Shown: in pieces, positions 1-13,738 of the stretch
Layout of the letters: every line of letters begins with the position of its first letter
Numbering within the stretch: the first letter of the stretch is position 1
Program-made: the position numbers and the translations under genes
Origin: Lingula anatina
Lineage: Eukaryota; Animalia; Brachiopoda
DNA length: 64,000 bases
Reading direction: 5' to 3'
Assembly: GCA_051362555.1 (NCBI GenBank)
Contig: CM120642.1
Location: forward strand, 31,682,001 to 31,746,000
The notes under the pieces: generated by a model
Seen by the model: the letters and a program-made list of their open reading frames with translations, nothing else
What the model was told of the DNA's origin: nothing
Database searches by the model: none

Positions 1-1060
1 ACTTTCTGAATGTGCACTAATAAGATATTGTTGGGATTATCCAACACAAGTTGTGTGCCAGTGTTAGTATAGGACAAAGTACAATTAGTCACAATTAACT
101 TTGATATATGTGTGAGCTGTAATGTAAAAAGAGATGGAAGTCTGTCGGCAGAGAGTATGGTTATTTACATCCCCAGGTCATTGCAGGACAGGTCTGATGC
201 TCGTTTGAATACAAACAGTCGGGGTTCGTTGGCGCTGGGGCATTTTTAGCAACAAATCTGTCACCGTTGATGTCTTGATTTTGAAAATTCACAGATTTTT
301 AATAAAGAGGTGTTTCTGTGCATTTCTGCTCTGTGCATGTCTAATTCAGTTTTTTAATGGTCATTTGTAACATTGTTTATATATGTATAAAAACTACTGG
401 CATTAACTGTTCATGGCTTAGTTTGTTTGATGTACAGGCCCGTAGCCAGCAGTTCTAGAAATTCTTTTTCTGAAAAAATGGATCTTTTTCCATGAAACTT
501 TTGTGTACCTAGAAAAAAAGGCAATTCGTTTGAACCTCCTGATCCCTTGGATAAAGACCTTAAATATTTCCATGGCATGTAGAGTTATATGTTGAAACAA
601 TTGTTTTTATTTTTGTGTTAAAGTACATCCTTAAATGATTTTAAGATAACTTTTTTCCAATTATAAGGCCACAAATCAGTTTACTGTTAAAAATATTAAA
701 CAAAACAAACAAATTGGCACATGTGCAACAAATAGACTTTTTTTTTCAAAGAATAAATGTAAGAAAGGATTTCATTAAAAATGTACTCTTTTCCTAATGC
801 TACTTACCGTGTCATGCTTGATGGCATGTGCTATTCTTAACGAGTTCCTTTTTATGGACAATGTTTTTTCGTCGAGGTGAAAGAAAGACCTGGGGGACTT
901 TTTGAACTTCATTTTCCTCCTCTTTTGGATCAGCTCATTAGGCTTCTAGGCCCCGCCAAGCTTCATGACCTTAATCATGGCCTCAAGTGTGTGGTACAGT
1001 TGAAAAATATTCAGGTTCATTTTATGGAATTTACCAATAGTGAAGAACTTTTTTGGGTGC

Positions 1061-1094
<34 letters not shown>

Positions 1095-1146
1095 TTTTTC
1101 ATATGCTGGAGAAGTGATATTAGAATATATTGCTGAATAGGCTAAT

Positions 1147-1391
1147 AACTAGATAAACAGCCTGAGTACCCAGACCTCCACCAAGGCAGAATATTTTTCT
1201 AATTAATATACTTTATTGATATATCAAGTTATGGATCACCACTAAAATCAGTTCTTAGTTATCCCATTTCCGACTAAACCTCAAAATTTTATTCAAAACC
1301 GTTTTTTAACTTTTTGAGTTGGACTGTTTAAAATTAACAAACCAAGCAACTGAGCCAAACATGACATCTCATGCAGGCAAGGGTAGTAATC
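1147..1391 (-). mobile_element. Degenerate short non-autonomous Helentron-associated (HINE-like) repeat
   Basis: Motif order aactag...cagacctccaccaaggc...ggatcaccactaaaat...aaaattttattcaaaaccg...aactttttgagtt...aacaaaccaagcaac...aaacatgacatctc matches, from memory, a widespread aquatic-animal short interspersed family. Highly decayed. Confidence 0.4.
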
Positions 1392-1676
1392 ATCCTACTC
1401 TCCTTACATAATATTTAGTGAAAAAGAATTTCAATCTCTTTTTGCTACTTGTGCTCACTGTTGGCCTCCTGCATTATTCACTAGTGTGTGGAGAATGGGC
1501 AGTTCACTTAATTCATTAGTTACCATGACATATTTTTCTCATTCACGTTTTTCCAATTCATTGTTACTGAAGCCTTGTTTCCATTTGTTTTATTTATTTT
1601 CATGTTATTTTTTTAAGTGATTAGAGCAATTGAATATTTCAGTCAGCCTTAATACTCATGTATGTGTAATTTTTTC

Positions 1677-1708
<32 letters not shown>

Positions 1709-1729
1709 CATTATTATTATTACTTTCAG

Positions 1730-4316
1730 TTCAGACAGTGAGGGAGAGAGGAGCAGCAGCAGGTTTAACAGTAGTGGTGGGAGTGGTACCAGAGACAGGA
1801 GCAGGGATTCCTATGAAAGGGATTCAAGGTCTGTGCACTGCATGCTTTCTCAAAGATAGTGATACTCTTGACAGGATTTTTGGAACCAAATCTAATTTAC
1901 CATGAGAAACAATTTTTTTTTTTTTTTTTTTTTTTTTGGGGGGGGGGGGGGGGGGAGTGCGCCTGAATCATTGCTTCACCATCCCTGCACTTGGGTTAGT
2001 GTTTTTTTTTTATTTTTCATTTCTACAAGTAATTAAACCACCTAGTTCAAAGACCACCTTGTCTACCTGACATTTTAGAAGGAAATATCAGCATCAGGGA
2101 AAGGCTTTTTTGAATTATTGTTTATGATCCTGTATAATAGGGAAACAGAAGTAACTTTGCAGAATATTTAGACATAAAAATGACTTCAGGAAATTTTTAA
2201 TTGCATTTAGCATACCTTTAAGTTTGTCTAAAGTATAAGACTGAAAGATATAGTCTGCTATGACATAGGTTTAATCTGAGGTAGTTCCATAAAATGAGAT
2301 TTTTCTGCACAAAAGTAAAAAGAAACTTGTTTTAGAGGAATATTTTGTAATCTGGCCCTCAAGTGGAAGAATACTAGTTATTATCTTCTTAAATTTGAAA
2401 TATCTGTACTTATTGCTCTTTATTGTGGACTAAGTGGGTTTTTTTATTGTCATAGCTAGCCAGAATTAAATATAACTGTACCTAATGATCTTATTGGGAG
2501 ATTGAGTGTGTTTTTACCAGGAGGAGACTCATTTACCTGACAAATAGGTTCAAAGTTAGCATGGTTTTGTGTGCGGGTGGAAATGTTACATGTGTTTCAA
2601 ATTTTGAGACAAATCACATAAATATTTTGTGCTATAAATCTGCTGTATAAAAATGTGTTGCTTTGTAGTGGTGTGAATATAGGTGAAGCTAAATTTTTGG
2701 TGAATTAAAAGCTTCAGGTTGGTCGGTGACAAAGTCTGATTTGTAATTGCTTAGCACTTGAAATGTGTGAAGCCAGGAAATTGGTTTTTCCTTCTTGTGT
2801 TATACAGATGTTTTTGCTCTTTTGGGTTGTGAAATTTCATAATTTATGACTGTTACAATGTTCAGAAGTTTGATTCATTGCTTTATTTTTTGGTATATTT
2901 ATATGATGAATCTGTAAAAAAATTATTTATTTATTATTATTTATTTTATTTATTATTTTTTTGAGTAAGGAAATTAAGTTATATTTGCAAATTGAAACTT
3001 GTGCTGTCCATGATTTTGAACAGAAAAAAATCTTAGGTTAGTTTACATAAAACAAGTTTATAGTTTATACAGAAAAGATAAGAGCAGAGCACAGATGTGT
3101 TATTATGATAATTATTATGTATTAAACATATTAATTTTGTAATTAGACCTCTTTCCTTCCAAGACTGTTGTCTGCAAAAATAAGTGTATATAAGAGAGAA
3201 GTAATTAAATATATTTATGATTACTGACAGGAATATAATGATAACAGTTGGGCACAAAGTTTAAACACCCATAACCCTTATGATGCTGGTGCTTTTTTCT
3301 TTCTTTCTAAAATATGTGTGTTTTTGAATGTTTTTCCAGGTATCGCAGAGAAAGGAGGCAACCGCACAGAGATCGAGAGGATCGCCATCGTCGAAGGTAA
3401 TGGTAGGGCCGGGGCCATCTCGTTTGGAGATCTAGTGAGTCCAAGAGTGCCTCCTTTGGATTCAGTTCTCCCATTGCCATCTTTGATTTCCCATTGCCAT
3501 CTTTGATTACACTTAAAAAAAACAGAAAATATCAAATTTGATGAGATTCAGTTCTTTTTATTAGCTGCCTCAATTATGGTTGCCCTTTTTGGTTTTCAGT
3601 AACTTTTGCATTTATCAGCTTCTTAGCTCTCTCTTCCTTAATTTCAAAACAAGTACAAAAAATTCAGTGGGGTTGGATAGCATGCGGTAATATTATAGAC
3701 CTTTTAATTTGTGGGTGAAGGATATTGAGAAGATTGTTTTTTTTTGCCCAAAGGGTTATCCATTCTGACAATGTTTCACTCCCACATTGGCTGTTGCTGA
3801 TGGTTTTTGACATTTTCAAATACCTGTTGAAGACATATAACCAGTGGGTGCTAAAATATAAACTCCCTCACTATATAATCATTATGTTATCACTGTCTCA
3901 ACAAGCATATGTGATATATGATTATCATTATCCTCATATAAAAAAGATTTGAATGCTTTGCAGTTTTGCTTGGGAACAGTAGGCCAATACCTGCACGTAT
4001 GTTTATGTGTGCGTGCGTGCGTGCAATCTTAACTACAAAGTTGGTTGGTCTTAGCCCACACTGAAATCTATTATAAACTCTTTCAGTTAAGTTGATGGAG
4101 CAATGTTCTAAATGTAACTGTTGCTGTTCAAAATTTTGAATGAGAATATATTCATACGTTTGCACTTATATTTGGTCATTTTTTGTTAACTTCAGGAAAC
4201 ACAGAGAAGAAGAAGAGAAAGACGGTGACCGTCACCGTGGCCATAAAAAGAAACGTTCACGAAGAGACCGCGAAGATGGCGAGGGAACGGAAGACTCACA
4301 ACAAGGAGTGGAGTGA
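1730..4316 (+). CDS. 3' end (last 3 coding exons) of an Arg/Asp/Glu-rich nuclear protein, probably pre-mRNA 3'-end processing factor FIP1 (FIP1L1-like); 5' part lies outside the window
   Basis: Exons 1730(or 1735)-1828, 3340-3396 and 4196-4316 have GT-AG boundaries and consistent phase-2 joins. They read SDSEGERSSSRFNSSGGSGTRDRSRDSYERDSR/YRRERRQPHRDREDRHRR/RKHREEEEKDGDRHRGHKKKRSRRDREDGEGTEDSQQGVE*. The tail resembles the FIP1L1 RD/RE-rich C-terminus, but it is low complexity, so the identity is tentative. Confidence 0.7.
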
Positions 4317-4987
4317 AAAGGTCGAGGACATCTTGGACTCTTTGTAGCAAATTGGAAACTTAACTAAAAAAAACTAGCAGTTTCAAGTTTTTACAAGCTT
4401 TAACAATGGAAGAGGACAGAACATCGTGGCTTATTTATGGCTCTTCCGTGTTTGATTCTTGTATATGAAATGGCAGGACTTGGGTATAAAGCACTGCCCC
4501 ATGCTGTATAGTCAGTGTTGTTCTATAGTGAAGTGACAATACAGAACATTTACAGCACTGTCGCAGCTTAACATTCCTTCGTGTCATAATGTCATAACGT
4601 TTGACTGGACGATTTGTCATGGTGTAAGCTCTACGGTTACAACGACAAACAGCCTGTGCTTGGGTTTAATGGAAAGGAAGGGCAGGCCGTCTGCAGATCA
4701 CAGTTTAAAGGTGGTGAAAACACCCTGACAGAGGGGACACTTATGATCTTCATCAGAGTTGCGAATGTGACAGAGGTCAGAATGCGTAGGTCTGTTGCCT
4801 AATGTCTCACAAACAACAGAATAACTCCAATACGCAGAGTGAATCTGTCTTAAACAATGCGTACAATGTGCGTACATGCAACTCTGATCTTGACATCGTA
4901 AAAGAACGGGTAGGGCCAGCTATTCTGGTTTCAACATGCACAGTATAGTGATGTGAATGTAAAGACAGAGAGAGTACAATGTTTTCA

Positions 4988-5273
4988 AGCTCTGTCACAC
5001 CTAGCGTAAAGAGAAACGTATGAGTATCGTATGTGAAATCGATTATACGCACAGTTTTAAGCGTATTAAACCAACCCTTTCCAGCGTATGAAAATGAACA
5101 TATAAAACGGCGTATGAAATTTTGAAACGTGTTCAAAACAGTTTTGGCTCCCTCCACGCATGGGAACGTACGCCAACGTTTGCCTGCGTACTCGATACGT
5201 TTACCAACTGTTAGTCTGCGTATGGGCAATTTGTTCTCATACTATAGTGCTGTACGCTAAATGTGACAAAGCC
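4988..5273. mobile_element. ~285 bp MITE (PIF/Harbinger-like) in the 3' UTR region of the first gene
   Basis: Terminal inverted repeats agctctgtcacacctagcgta (4988-5008) and tacgctaaatgtgacaaagcc (5253-5273). Interior is rich in cgtat/tacg motifs. Confidence 0.65.
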
Positions 5274-8200
5274 TTTAGATATGCATGTTCATGCACACAT
5301 CAGTTCATTGAAGAGAAGATAAAAAAGAACACCCAGTTGGGGTGAATAAATTATATATAACTTTTATAAATGTTATTTTGTAGTGTAGAAATGTCGTGAA
5401 TACAACGTACAGCAGTTGTATGAATTTTGCATTTAACTCGTGGAATGGGTGCGATATTCTTGATTCCACCCCCTCCACTCCTCTCCCGAGTAATATCAGC
5501 TGTACCCTATTTTCAAAGGAATGATAATTTTTTTAATCATTTTAATAGAATTCAGTTAAGGACAATAATGTTAGTCATTGCTTCGTGGGGGTGAAATTTC
5601 TTACAAGCCACCCCACCCCAAATGATCATCACAATGTATTTCGTTCGACTGCACTTTGACACAGTTTTGTCAAGTGAGTTTTGTAAGAAGTTCTCACCTT
5701 GCACCTTGAAGTATTGGGGCACGTCTCGAGGGGCAATCTATTACCGGAACTACAACAAACCCATCAGTCTGGAGAAATGAACACCCCCTCATAACAATTA
5801 ACCACTAGGGAAGACAGACAGGACAACGGCATATATAACGGAATTTCCATTCAGAGCGCACTTGTTGTGTTCAATAAAGATCATCAGTTGAGCATCACCG
5901 ACAGCAGAGCTATTTTATCAACGCTAAAAATATCGATAACCTCATTGTTCGCTTGTTATGAGTATTATGGTGGCGGAACATGTTGGTAATCCTACCTTTA
6001 ATTGTGAATAAGTGATAAGAGATAGTCCGCGTGAGGTAGGCGGGAGATCGAGCTTGGGTGAAGGAAAAAAATCACGATTCTTTTGTAACAATGCTACCCC
6101 TCTAACAAGGCGTAACATTTGTGAGTGTCAGGTTACCATGGTGACGCCGTGAAAACGAGTGCACTTGGGTCACCTTCTCTCAATGGACCTGGTCACGTTT
6201 GTGGAGGTCATAAAAACGCTGACAATGCCCGACAACCGATGCCCACTGTGCGTCCTGGTGATCGGTTTGAACGACAACCGAACCAAGTTAATGATACGCG
6301 CTGAACCACAGTCAATAGATCATAAATTCATGACAAATGTGGATAAAAGAAACGCACACACCTGGATATTTATTTCATTTGATGTGAGATGGTGGAAAGT
6401 TAATACTGATGCAAAGAGTCTGCAACCCAAAGTTGAAACCTACCCCGAGCAGAATATTTATATATACCAGTATATATATCTTCTATTAAAATGTTTAAAA
6501 TTGAAATTATTGGTGATATGAAAACAGCTTTGGTTGTCAGTCCCTTGTAGATAGCCTACATAATAAAAATTGGGGCGTTGTTAACAATCAAGGTACCAGT
6601 ATTTAATATGAAACGCCGTATCTGTTGTTCTCCCTCGTTCCATACTTAATTATAATTTGGCGAACAAATTAATTTCATTTGTGTTTGTAAATCTGCCGAT
6701 TGTTAAACAGATTTCTGCACATCATCAAATTCTTTTCTTTTTACATTTTAATTTTTTTAATTCTAAAATCATTTAGCAAGGGCTGAGTTATTATACAGAC
6801 TTGACATTAAAATGATTAAAATCGAATGATCAAGAAGTTGGGAAGAGAGAGTAGAGAAAGTGGAGAAGGAGGAGAGACCAAGACTCTTATATAAACCCTT
6901 TACAAGTCTTAAAGTTAACGGAAAGAGTAGCAGTTTATATTGTATCTAGGAGTATTCTTACTTGTCCTGTACCCAAAAATAAATGAAAAAAAAAAAAAAA
7001 AAAAACTACATAGGCAAACACAAAGCCCATGCTATTGATATATTTTGCCAAGTCATTTCACAAACTGGTTTGTGGGTGCCACTTCTATCGGTGTTTGTGT
7101 TGACGACGATCTGTATATCTACCTAAATCGAGCTCTTTGACTTGTTCTTTCTTTCCGACATTACACAATAACTGCCTTTTGTGTATTGAAAAGAAGGTAG
7201 GCTATCCACAAAAGGATGCCCCGCCATCGCAATCCCATAAAAGAATAATCGTGATGTACTTGCTGCCAAAAATAGCAAACAACCTTTTCTCTATTTTTTA
7301 AAAAGTAGCGCTTTTTTGTTTTGACAGTAACAAATCTATACCATACGTAAGACTTGCGTTTTGCCACTACCTGTGGGAGTTCACACCTAATCCTTGCCGT
7401 TATCAGGCCAGTTCTGTAATTAGCAAATCATGCCATGACGACAATATTATCGTTCCAGGCAGCAATATCACGATAGGGATTCCTGACATGTTTCTATTGT
7501 TCATGGTTTTTACCTACACACCTACACTGTTTTTTTAACAAACACAAATACCACATCTTCAATAGCGATCACTTCACAGACACCACTGGAAGGAGGAAGT
7601 TAACAGGTGTTCACAAAAAAGCAATATCGAAGATAATGCATAATGCACTCGAGCAATGTAGTTTACGTTTCTATGTATATAGTTCCGGCACAGATCGATC
7701 CTTTTTTTTTTATATATAGAAATGTGAGTGTCCATATAGCGTGATACTGTGACAAAACGAGATATCTGTTAGTAAATATTGGAATTAGACCAGACATTTA
7801 CGGTAGGCATGGCGTTGTCAAGACAGACTAAAACGTCGATACCGTCAAAACTCATAGATAAAGTAAATCTTATTTTCATAACTGATGAACTGGGGTTTAA
7901 GCATTGACTGCATTTATCTATCTCGGGGGCTAATTTCCTTTCGGAGAAATGAGGTATTTTAAGAAGCATAAAAATGACATTGATCTACATAAGTGTTCAG
8001 TACATTCTGGATTGAAGGTTCAATTTTAAGCATTCTAAGCGTCCTAGGTACAATGAATACCTTTAAAGAGGTTCCCGAAGCTTCGGCAATTGTACGTGTC
8101 ATAGAAAGGCTTGGTCCCCCCCCCCCCCCCCCCCCCCCCAGACGTTTCCTTTGTTAAACGACTGCACCTTTGTGGTCTCCCAAGAATACCACCTTGTTAT

Positions 8201-10834
8201 TCCCCATTTTTACTTCAATAAAAAAATCCGCTGCCATCATTTCCACAATTGTTCATCTTTAAAGGTATGGGTATACTTGTACAGTTTTGATTGGCGCCGC
8301 GGCAATAAAACACCGCGCTGCAATATGATGTTTTATTACCTGGCATAATGGCAAATGCATCCATTATACAGACCCATTTCAAAGCCTCGTCGTTTCTTTT
8401 CAACTAGAGATAAATGCTTTGACAATGTATATATATATGTTCAACAAGATGTCTTGTTCACGGAGGAACCGATATTGTTTGCGCGCCGGTCTAGGACAAT
8501 ATACACATTTGATACAGGCCGAAATAGATTAACCTTTGAAATCTAATGATTCTTAACCATTCCATTCCCTTCACCAGAAAAAGAAAGATGAAAAGTAATA
8601 AGGAAACAGCGTGTACAGAATTTATCGACAGAGCATACAAGTCCACTCCATGAAAACTAACAAATCACACACATGCGTTGCAGCAAATATAGCGGCGTTT
8701 TCAACCAGTGATGTTCATCATTTACAGGTCTGTTGTCAAATATTAGCTTATGAAATGATAATGTGGCTAATCTACTGGATCGATTTCACCGCATGGGTGA
8801 TAAGGCGGAACATCGTGATACCCGATGCTAGTGAAGTAATCGAAGCAGTAAACTTGATGAAGTAATGTAGCGGTCCAAAGCATCCGCAGCTTGTAACCCC
8901 ACACTGAGATTTTGCCTACCTCTTACAAAGCTAAAAAGATTTTGTAAAAGTAACGTTAGTGACATTTCTTAAACAGGTCACGGATTGGAATAAGTTACGT
9001 AAATCAAGGCATATATTTCGACCGTAATCTGAACCTCTTCGCGTGGGTTCTTTCCTTTTTATGAAGTAGGCCTTAATAAAAAAACTAGTTTTGTTAATTG
9101 AAAAGAAGTCACGTGTTATTTAATACAGGACAGCAAAGTGAAGTCATCAATAGACTTTAGCATATTGAAGACAGGCTTGAAAACATCACCTCCGCAAGCC
9201 ATTAATGCTTAGGTTTTGAGGTTCTTTTTTTTCTCGTTTATTTTTTGTTGTTCCTCTCCACCATGCCAACACGTCCACGACATTGAATTTCCTTTGTGAA
9301 TAAAATGTACAATAATCAGTGTAAAATTATTATATTACCAAAAAGGTTTCACAAAGCATAGTATGTAACGTTCGACAAATTAAGTCCAGTTCTTTTTTGC
9401 CGGTAAATTGTTAAATTGTACATGAATAAACGGCATTGCATGAATTATTTACTGTAATCTTTGATTGAGGGGTCCCCATGCTAACTTGTTGAAAAAAACA
9501 TAATACATTACTTTAAAAAAATTGTCAGCACAACGTGACGTGCATGGTCCCCTTTCATTTTCAATTTAATTTTTTTTAACAATTAAATTGCCAGAAAAAA
9601 ACTATAAGATTTGAAATAAAAGAGGAGGCAACGGTTAGAAATCTAAACACTGGAATATATTCGATTTGTTCAGAGGCAAGTTATGACAATTTATCAATGA
9701 CGTTGTAGCATATATCAACTTTCAGAAATCAGTTGGATTGAAATAAAACGCTTATTCCCTCAGCATTGCCTGTGGTATTTCTAAATATTATTTTATGTGG
9801 ATTTATTATACAGTTAAATATCACTTCTTTGGTACAGATTTTATGCTTTTTTAATCAAAGAGTACTGGGGTGGGTAAATAAACTGACTTTTCAGTATTTG
9901 TAAATAGATAAAAGTTATTCTGAAACAAGAGAATTTACATTAATTGTCAAGATAAATAACATTTATCAAACATAAAACTTTATTTTCGGCAATAGAAGGG
10001 GAAATACACCGTTCGTACTAGAAACTATGAATAAAATGAATATTTACAGTTGTTTTAATAAAATACAATTAAAGAAACAGAAAATTAACTGCCACGTATC
10101 AAAATTAAATCCTTTTAAAGCATTTGATATCACAGATGGACTTTGATATGCGATACATTGATATACACTCTATCACTGAGCCTTATAATAAAAAAAAAAT
10201 CTTCGGTTACTTAAAATAACACTGTTATTTACAAAATGCCTTTCGCGGCACGTCTACTGGCTTTTGTATCGTAACCCAAGAAGTTTACTTACTCTCACCC
10301 ACGACAACAATCCAACGCATCATTTGACGGAATATTAAAAAAGATTAACTCTGTAATCAAGTTTGTTTTAAAACTATTCGCGATCATGTTTCATAGTTGT
10401 CGGATAGATTGAATGCTGCAGCCTTTCATCCCAACACAGAGTCACAGATGTTAAGTGCACGGAGTTAAATAGAAAATTTAATGAAGTAAACACCTTAAAC
10501 TGCTTCATGTGCCTGCTTTAAAAAGGTATTGTAAAAACGTCATTATATCACCGAAGTTACCCAGGCACATGTAGGTGATGTCATTCATAATTTTAACGAC
10601 TAACAAATGCCTTCTTTCCAGTCCAACCAAGAGTTTGTTTTCTAGGAGCAAACCATAAAGCAAACCATTGGACGTGGTGCTATACCGGGGAAGATACCGA
10701 ATCAATTTAAAGTTTGGTCGCTTTTATTGACAAGCCTGCCCGGAACGTTCCTAGTTAGACGACTTCAGATGTCTTTATTTTCATTTTATTTTACACTAAT
10801 CCCATTCTTTTGCGTTTTTTTTCGTACAGGAGTA

Positions 10835-12334
10835 TCAATCAAGTTTTTTGTCAGTTACAAACTCTTTCTTCCAGGCACAGTTCCACTGGGTGTACTGGTC
10901 AATGGGGTCCGAGTCCTGCGCTCGGTACCTGTACGAGGTGACCATTTGCCCATGTTTGTCTTTAAGCCTATCAACGATATCCATGGCGTGTTGGAAGCGG
11001 TACGACAGCATCAGTTGTTTTTTCATTGGGATCGGAACCGGAGAGACTTCCCTTGGTAACTCGCGTTGGTCCATTGGATAGGAGAGTCGCCGTGTGCCCG
11101 ATGCAGAGGAAAGTTGCCTCTCGGCGGATAGCGGTGAGGTATTGTCAGGTTTCGGCGGCAACGGTTCACTCGGCTGCTTGGTCAGTGGAGGTATTTTTCG
11201 CGGCAAACCAGGTGTAGCAGACGACAAGCGGTTTGCTGTCACTGAGTCGTCTGCTAAAACGCTGACATTTTCTGAATATTTCCATGCCTCTTTTACTACA
11301 TCTAAATATGTTTTTGTTGGCGTTGCTGATCTCACAAGTGGAACTTCAGGCTCCTTGAACGTTTCAGATATTTTGTGGTGCAGAATATCTTCGTACCCTT
11401 TCAGCATTGCAAACTGCGCTTCTGCGGACATTGACGACGAAAAACGAGGCACAACGGGAAAATGAATGGTCCCTTCTTCTTCTTGCGTTTCCAAGGTCGG
11501 TTCCCGTCGCAAATATCTCTTATTTGAAATCCTTCGAGGGGATTTAAAAGCCCAAGCTCCATTTCCTAAAGTTGGCACGTTGCCGTTTTTCCTCCCAAGA
11601 TCCGTGCTGAACCGGCGATTTGGTAGATCGTTTATCGCTTTAACGTTAGCGTTGTCCTTGGCAGACGCGGGTCCAGCGCTGGTTGCAGACGATACCGATA
11701 ATCGCCTGGCACGATTTGTAGAACCTGGGAAAGCTTTTGTGACGCTTGATGCATGATTCGTGAAAACACTGGGCTTTTGATAAGAAAATTGTTGCTCAAT
11801 GTTTGTGACATTTTCTACTGTCAGTTGTAACGTCATTTTCCCTGGCTTTGATTTCAGCAAATCACTCTCACTTTCGGTTACACTAATATCGCCCTGTTTT
11901 TTATTGTTTTCTGAAGATTTAGTTTCATTGCCATCACCGTCTTTGTTGACATCTTTTGATGAATAACTATCTTTTACATTCCTTTCTTTTCTTGCTTCGG
12001 CCAATACACTCTCTTCTGTTGGTGGGAAACTGTTGCGGCGCTTTCTTAAACTACCGACAGCTTTTACTGGAATAGGTACAGTTGCCACGCTTTTACGCCT
12101 CTTAAGGCGTCCATGCTTCTGCCCTTCGGTTCCTTTGCTCGAGCACCCAGTCTCTGTTTGTCGCGCAGAGTCAGAGTCGGCCTCGGTATCTTCGATTGTA
12201 GCTGCCTCTTCCTCGTGGAGTTCGTAGATATCCGGCAGTCTGCTGTTCATTGCAGGCATAGTCATCAGCGTTGCAATCAATAATTTTGATGGAGCCTGGA
12301 AACCGATTGTCAAAAGATGTTTGCCTCGATGCAT
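10835..12334 (-). CDS. Uncharacterised single-exon ~475-499 aa protein; mostly disordered, with short helical-looking C-terminal blocks
   Basis: 1.5 kb uninterrupted ORF in otherwise stop-rich DNA, with higher GC and CpG content. Start may be MHRGK or the downstream MTMPAM. Ordered-looking blocks: SMSAEAQFAMLKGYEDILHHKI and LSYRFQHAMDIVDRLK...DPIDQYTQWNCAWKKEF. Confidence 0.8.
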   Translation of the reverse strand: MHRGKHLLTIGFQAPSKLLIATLMTMPAMNSRLPDIYELHEEEAATIEDTEADSDSARQTETGCSSKGTEGQKHGRLKRRKSVATVPIPVKAVGSLRKRRNSFPPTEESVLAEARKERNVKDSYSSKDVNKDGDGNETKSSENNKKQGDISVTESESDLLKSKPGKMTLQLTVENVTNIEQQFSYQKPSVFTNHASSVTKAFPGSTNRARRLSVSSATSAGPASAKDNANVKAINDLPNRRFSTDLGRKNGNVPTLGNGAWAFKSPRRISNKRYLRREPTLETQEEEGTIHFPVVPRFSSSMSAEAQFAMLKGYEDILHHKISETFKEPEVPLVRSATPTKTYLDVVKEAWKYSENVSVLADDSVTANRLSSATPGLPRKIPPLTKQPSEPLPPKPDNTSPLSAERQLSSASGTRRLSYPMDQRELPREVSPVPIPMKKQLMLSYRFQHAMDIVDRLKDKHGQMVTSYRYRAQDSDPIDQYTQWNCAWKKEFVTDKKLD

Positions 12335-13738
12335 GCAATTGTATGTCTCACTGCGAGTATTTTGTTAGCCAAATGAACATGCTACAGGCTGTGGCCCGTC
12401 AGAGTTCAATAACAGGAAAGAATCATCCAGGTTCTTTTTGTTGGTTGCTGCAAGCAATTAATGCAGTACAGTCTTGTCGATAGTTTGCCACCGCCGGCGT
12501 TTGTTTCAAGTGCCTCTGAAAACAGAGCCCTAATGATCCATTAGCTCGTGCGATTTATCTTATGGTCACTTGGACAACCTGACCGGTCGATGAATTAATC
12601 CGGTAATAGGTTTTAGTGCATTTATACATGCCAGCACGTGCTGCCTTTACCCCTTCAGGTCCAAGATGAGGGACTGGTACATGTTGGTTAAAACTCGGTC
12701 CTTTTATATTCAAGATGTGTTCGTCGATACCCAGTCTAGTGCCAGTGTACTGACAATGAAGACACGTCACAGGTGCTGTATTATTCCACTTCACGTGCTC
12801 ATGACACATGCAGCGCGCTCGTAATTCTTATCTCTGTAGTAATTTCATTGGATATGTACCACTCCCTTCCTTTTTTTAAAAAGGCATTGCCTTTATTATC
12901 GTGACAGCTAATCTCAAGACAGATTTGTAAAAATGTCTTTTTTCTTCTTAGGGACTGCAACACACAACAATCGCACCAATGTGCTGATTTGCAAAATAAA
13001 TCAACCCTTGTTAAAAAGGTAAGCCTGTGTACGTAACTTTTCTTTATAAATCAAAATGCCCTGATTTTGTGCCAAGAGGAGTACGCTGTAAATGTAGGTT
13101 GCAAAGGGGGAAGGCGCAAACATAGGCAGTGTTTTAAATAATTAGAATGACGAGAACAAGTGAAAACAGCCTACAAAAGGGGTAAAAACTAAAAAAAAAA
13201 AACAAAAACATTCGAGACAGCTGCTTCAAGAGATTGTTTGAAAAGTGGAATTGAATTTGCACCATTTTTGTCTTAATTTCGATAAAAAAAATGTATACGC
13301 GAACGAAATAAATACAAAAATAATTTCTATTAATACGATGCGTTTACCCGTTGTGCACCCCCGCGCCATTTGCGTAGTCAAACTTTTATTAGAATATGAC
13401 ACAAAGTTCTCGAGCAACAACAACGCTTAAGACTAAATTTAGAACCTGTGCCAGATAAATGACTACTTTTACATGCACTCGTACCCTGAAAGCGTTCCCT
13501 GCCCTCAGCGGGTCATGGAGACGGATGGAGATTTCTGTGGTAGGTTTCTCGTCTCTCACCTTCTAGCGTTGATGACTGACAAGAAAATAACACCCTTCAG
13601 TAAACTAAAGTAATACGGTGTTAATGATGGGCCGAGTTAAAAATGGGCTGCGCGAAAACAGTTGACGTTCCAGTAGCGTAACCTCCATATAATCTTTTCG
13701 CATCCCGGTAAATAAATGCTGTAGTGATCACAGGCTTG

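Noticed and set aside
177-191. Possible 15-nt microexon (ag|gtcattgcaggacag|gt) of the first gene
   Set aside because: Phase-compatible, but the splice signals are weak and there is no way to support it from sequence alone.
877-1140. Poly-proline ORF
   Set aside because: Produced by a poly-C homopolymer in an intron. Similar C/G runs occur throughout the window and their lengths are unreliable.
1630-1905. Signal-peptide-like poly-Leu ORF
   Set aside because: An (ATT)n microsatellite at an intron end; the real exon is in another frame.
4807-5229. 140-aa minus-strand ORF
   Set aside because: Overlaps a MITE and 3' UTR, with no recognisable protein features.
10727-12483. Several + strand ORFs of 60-120 aa
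   Set aside because: Antisense shadows of the 499-aa ORF.
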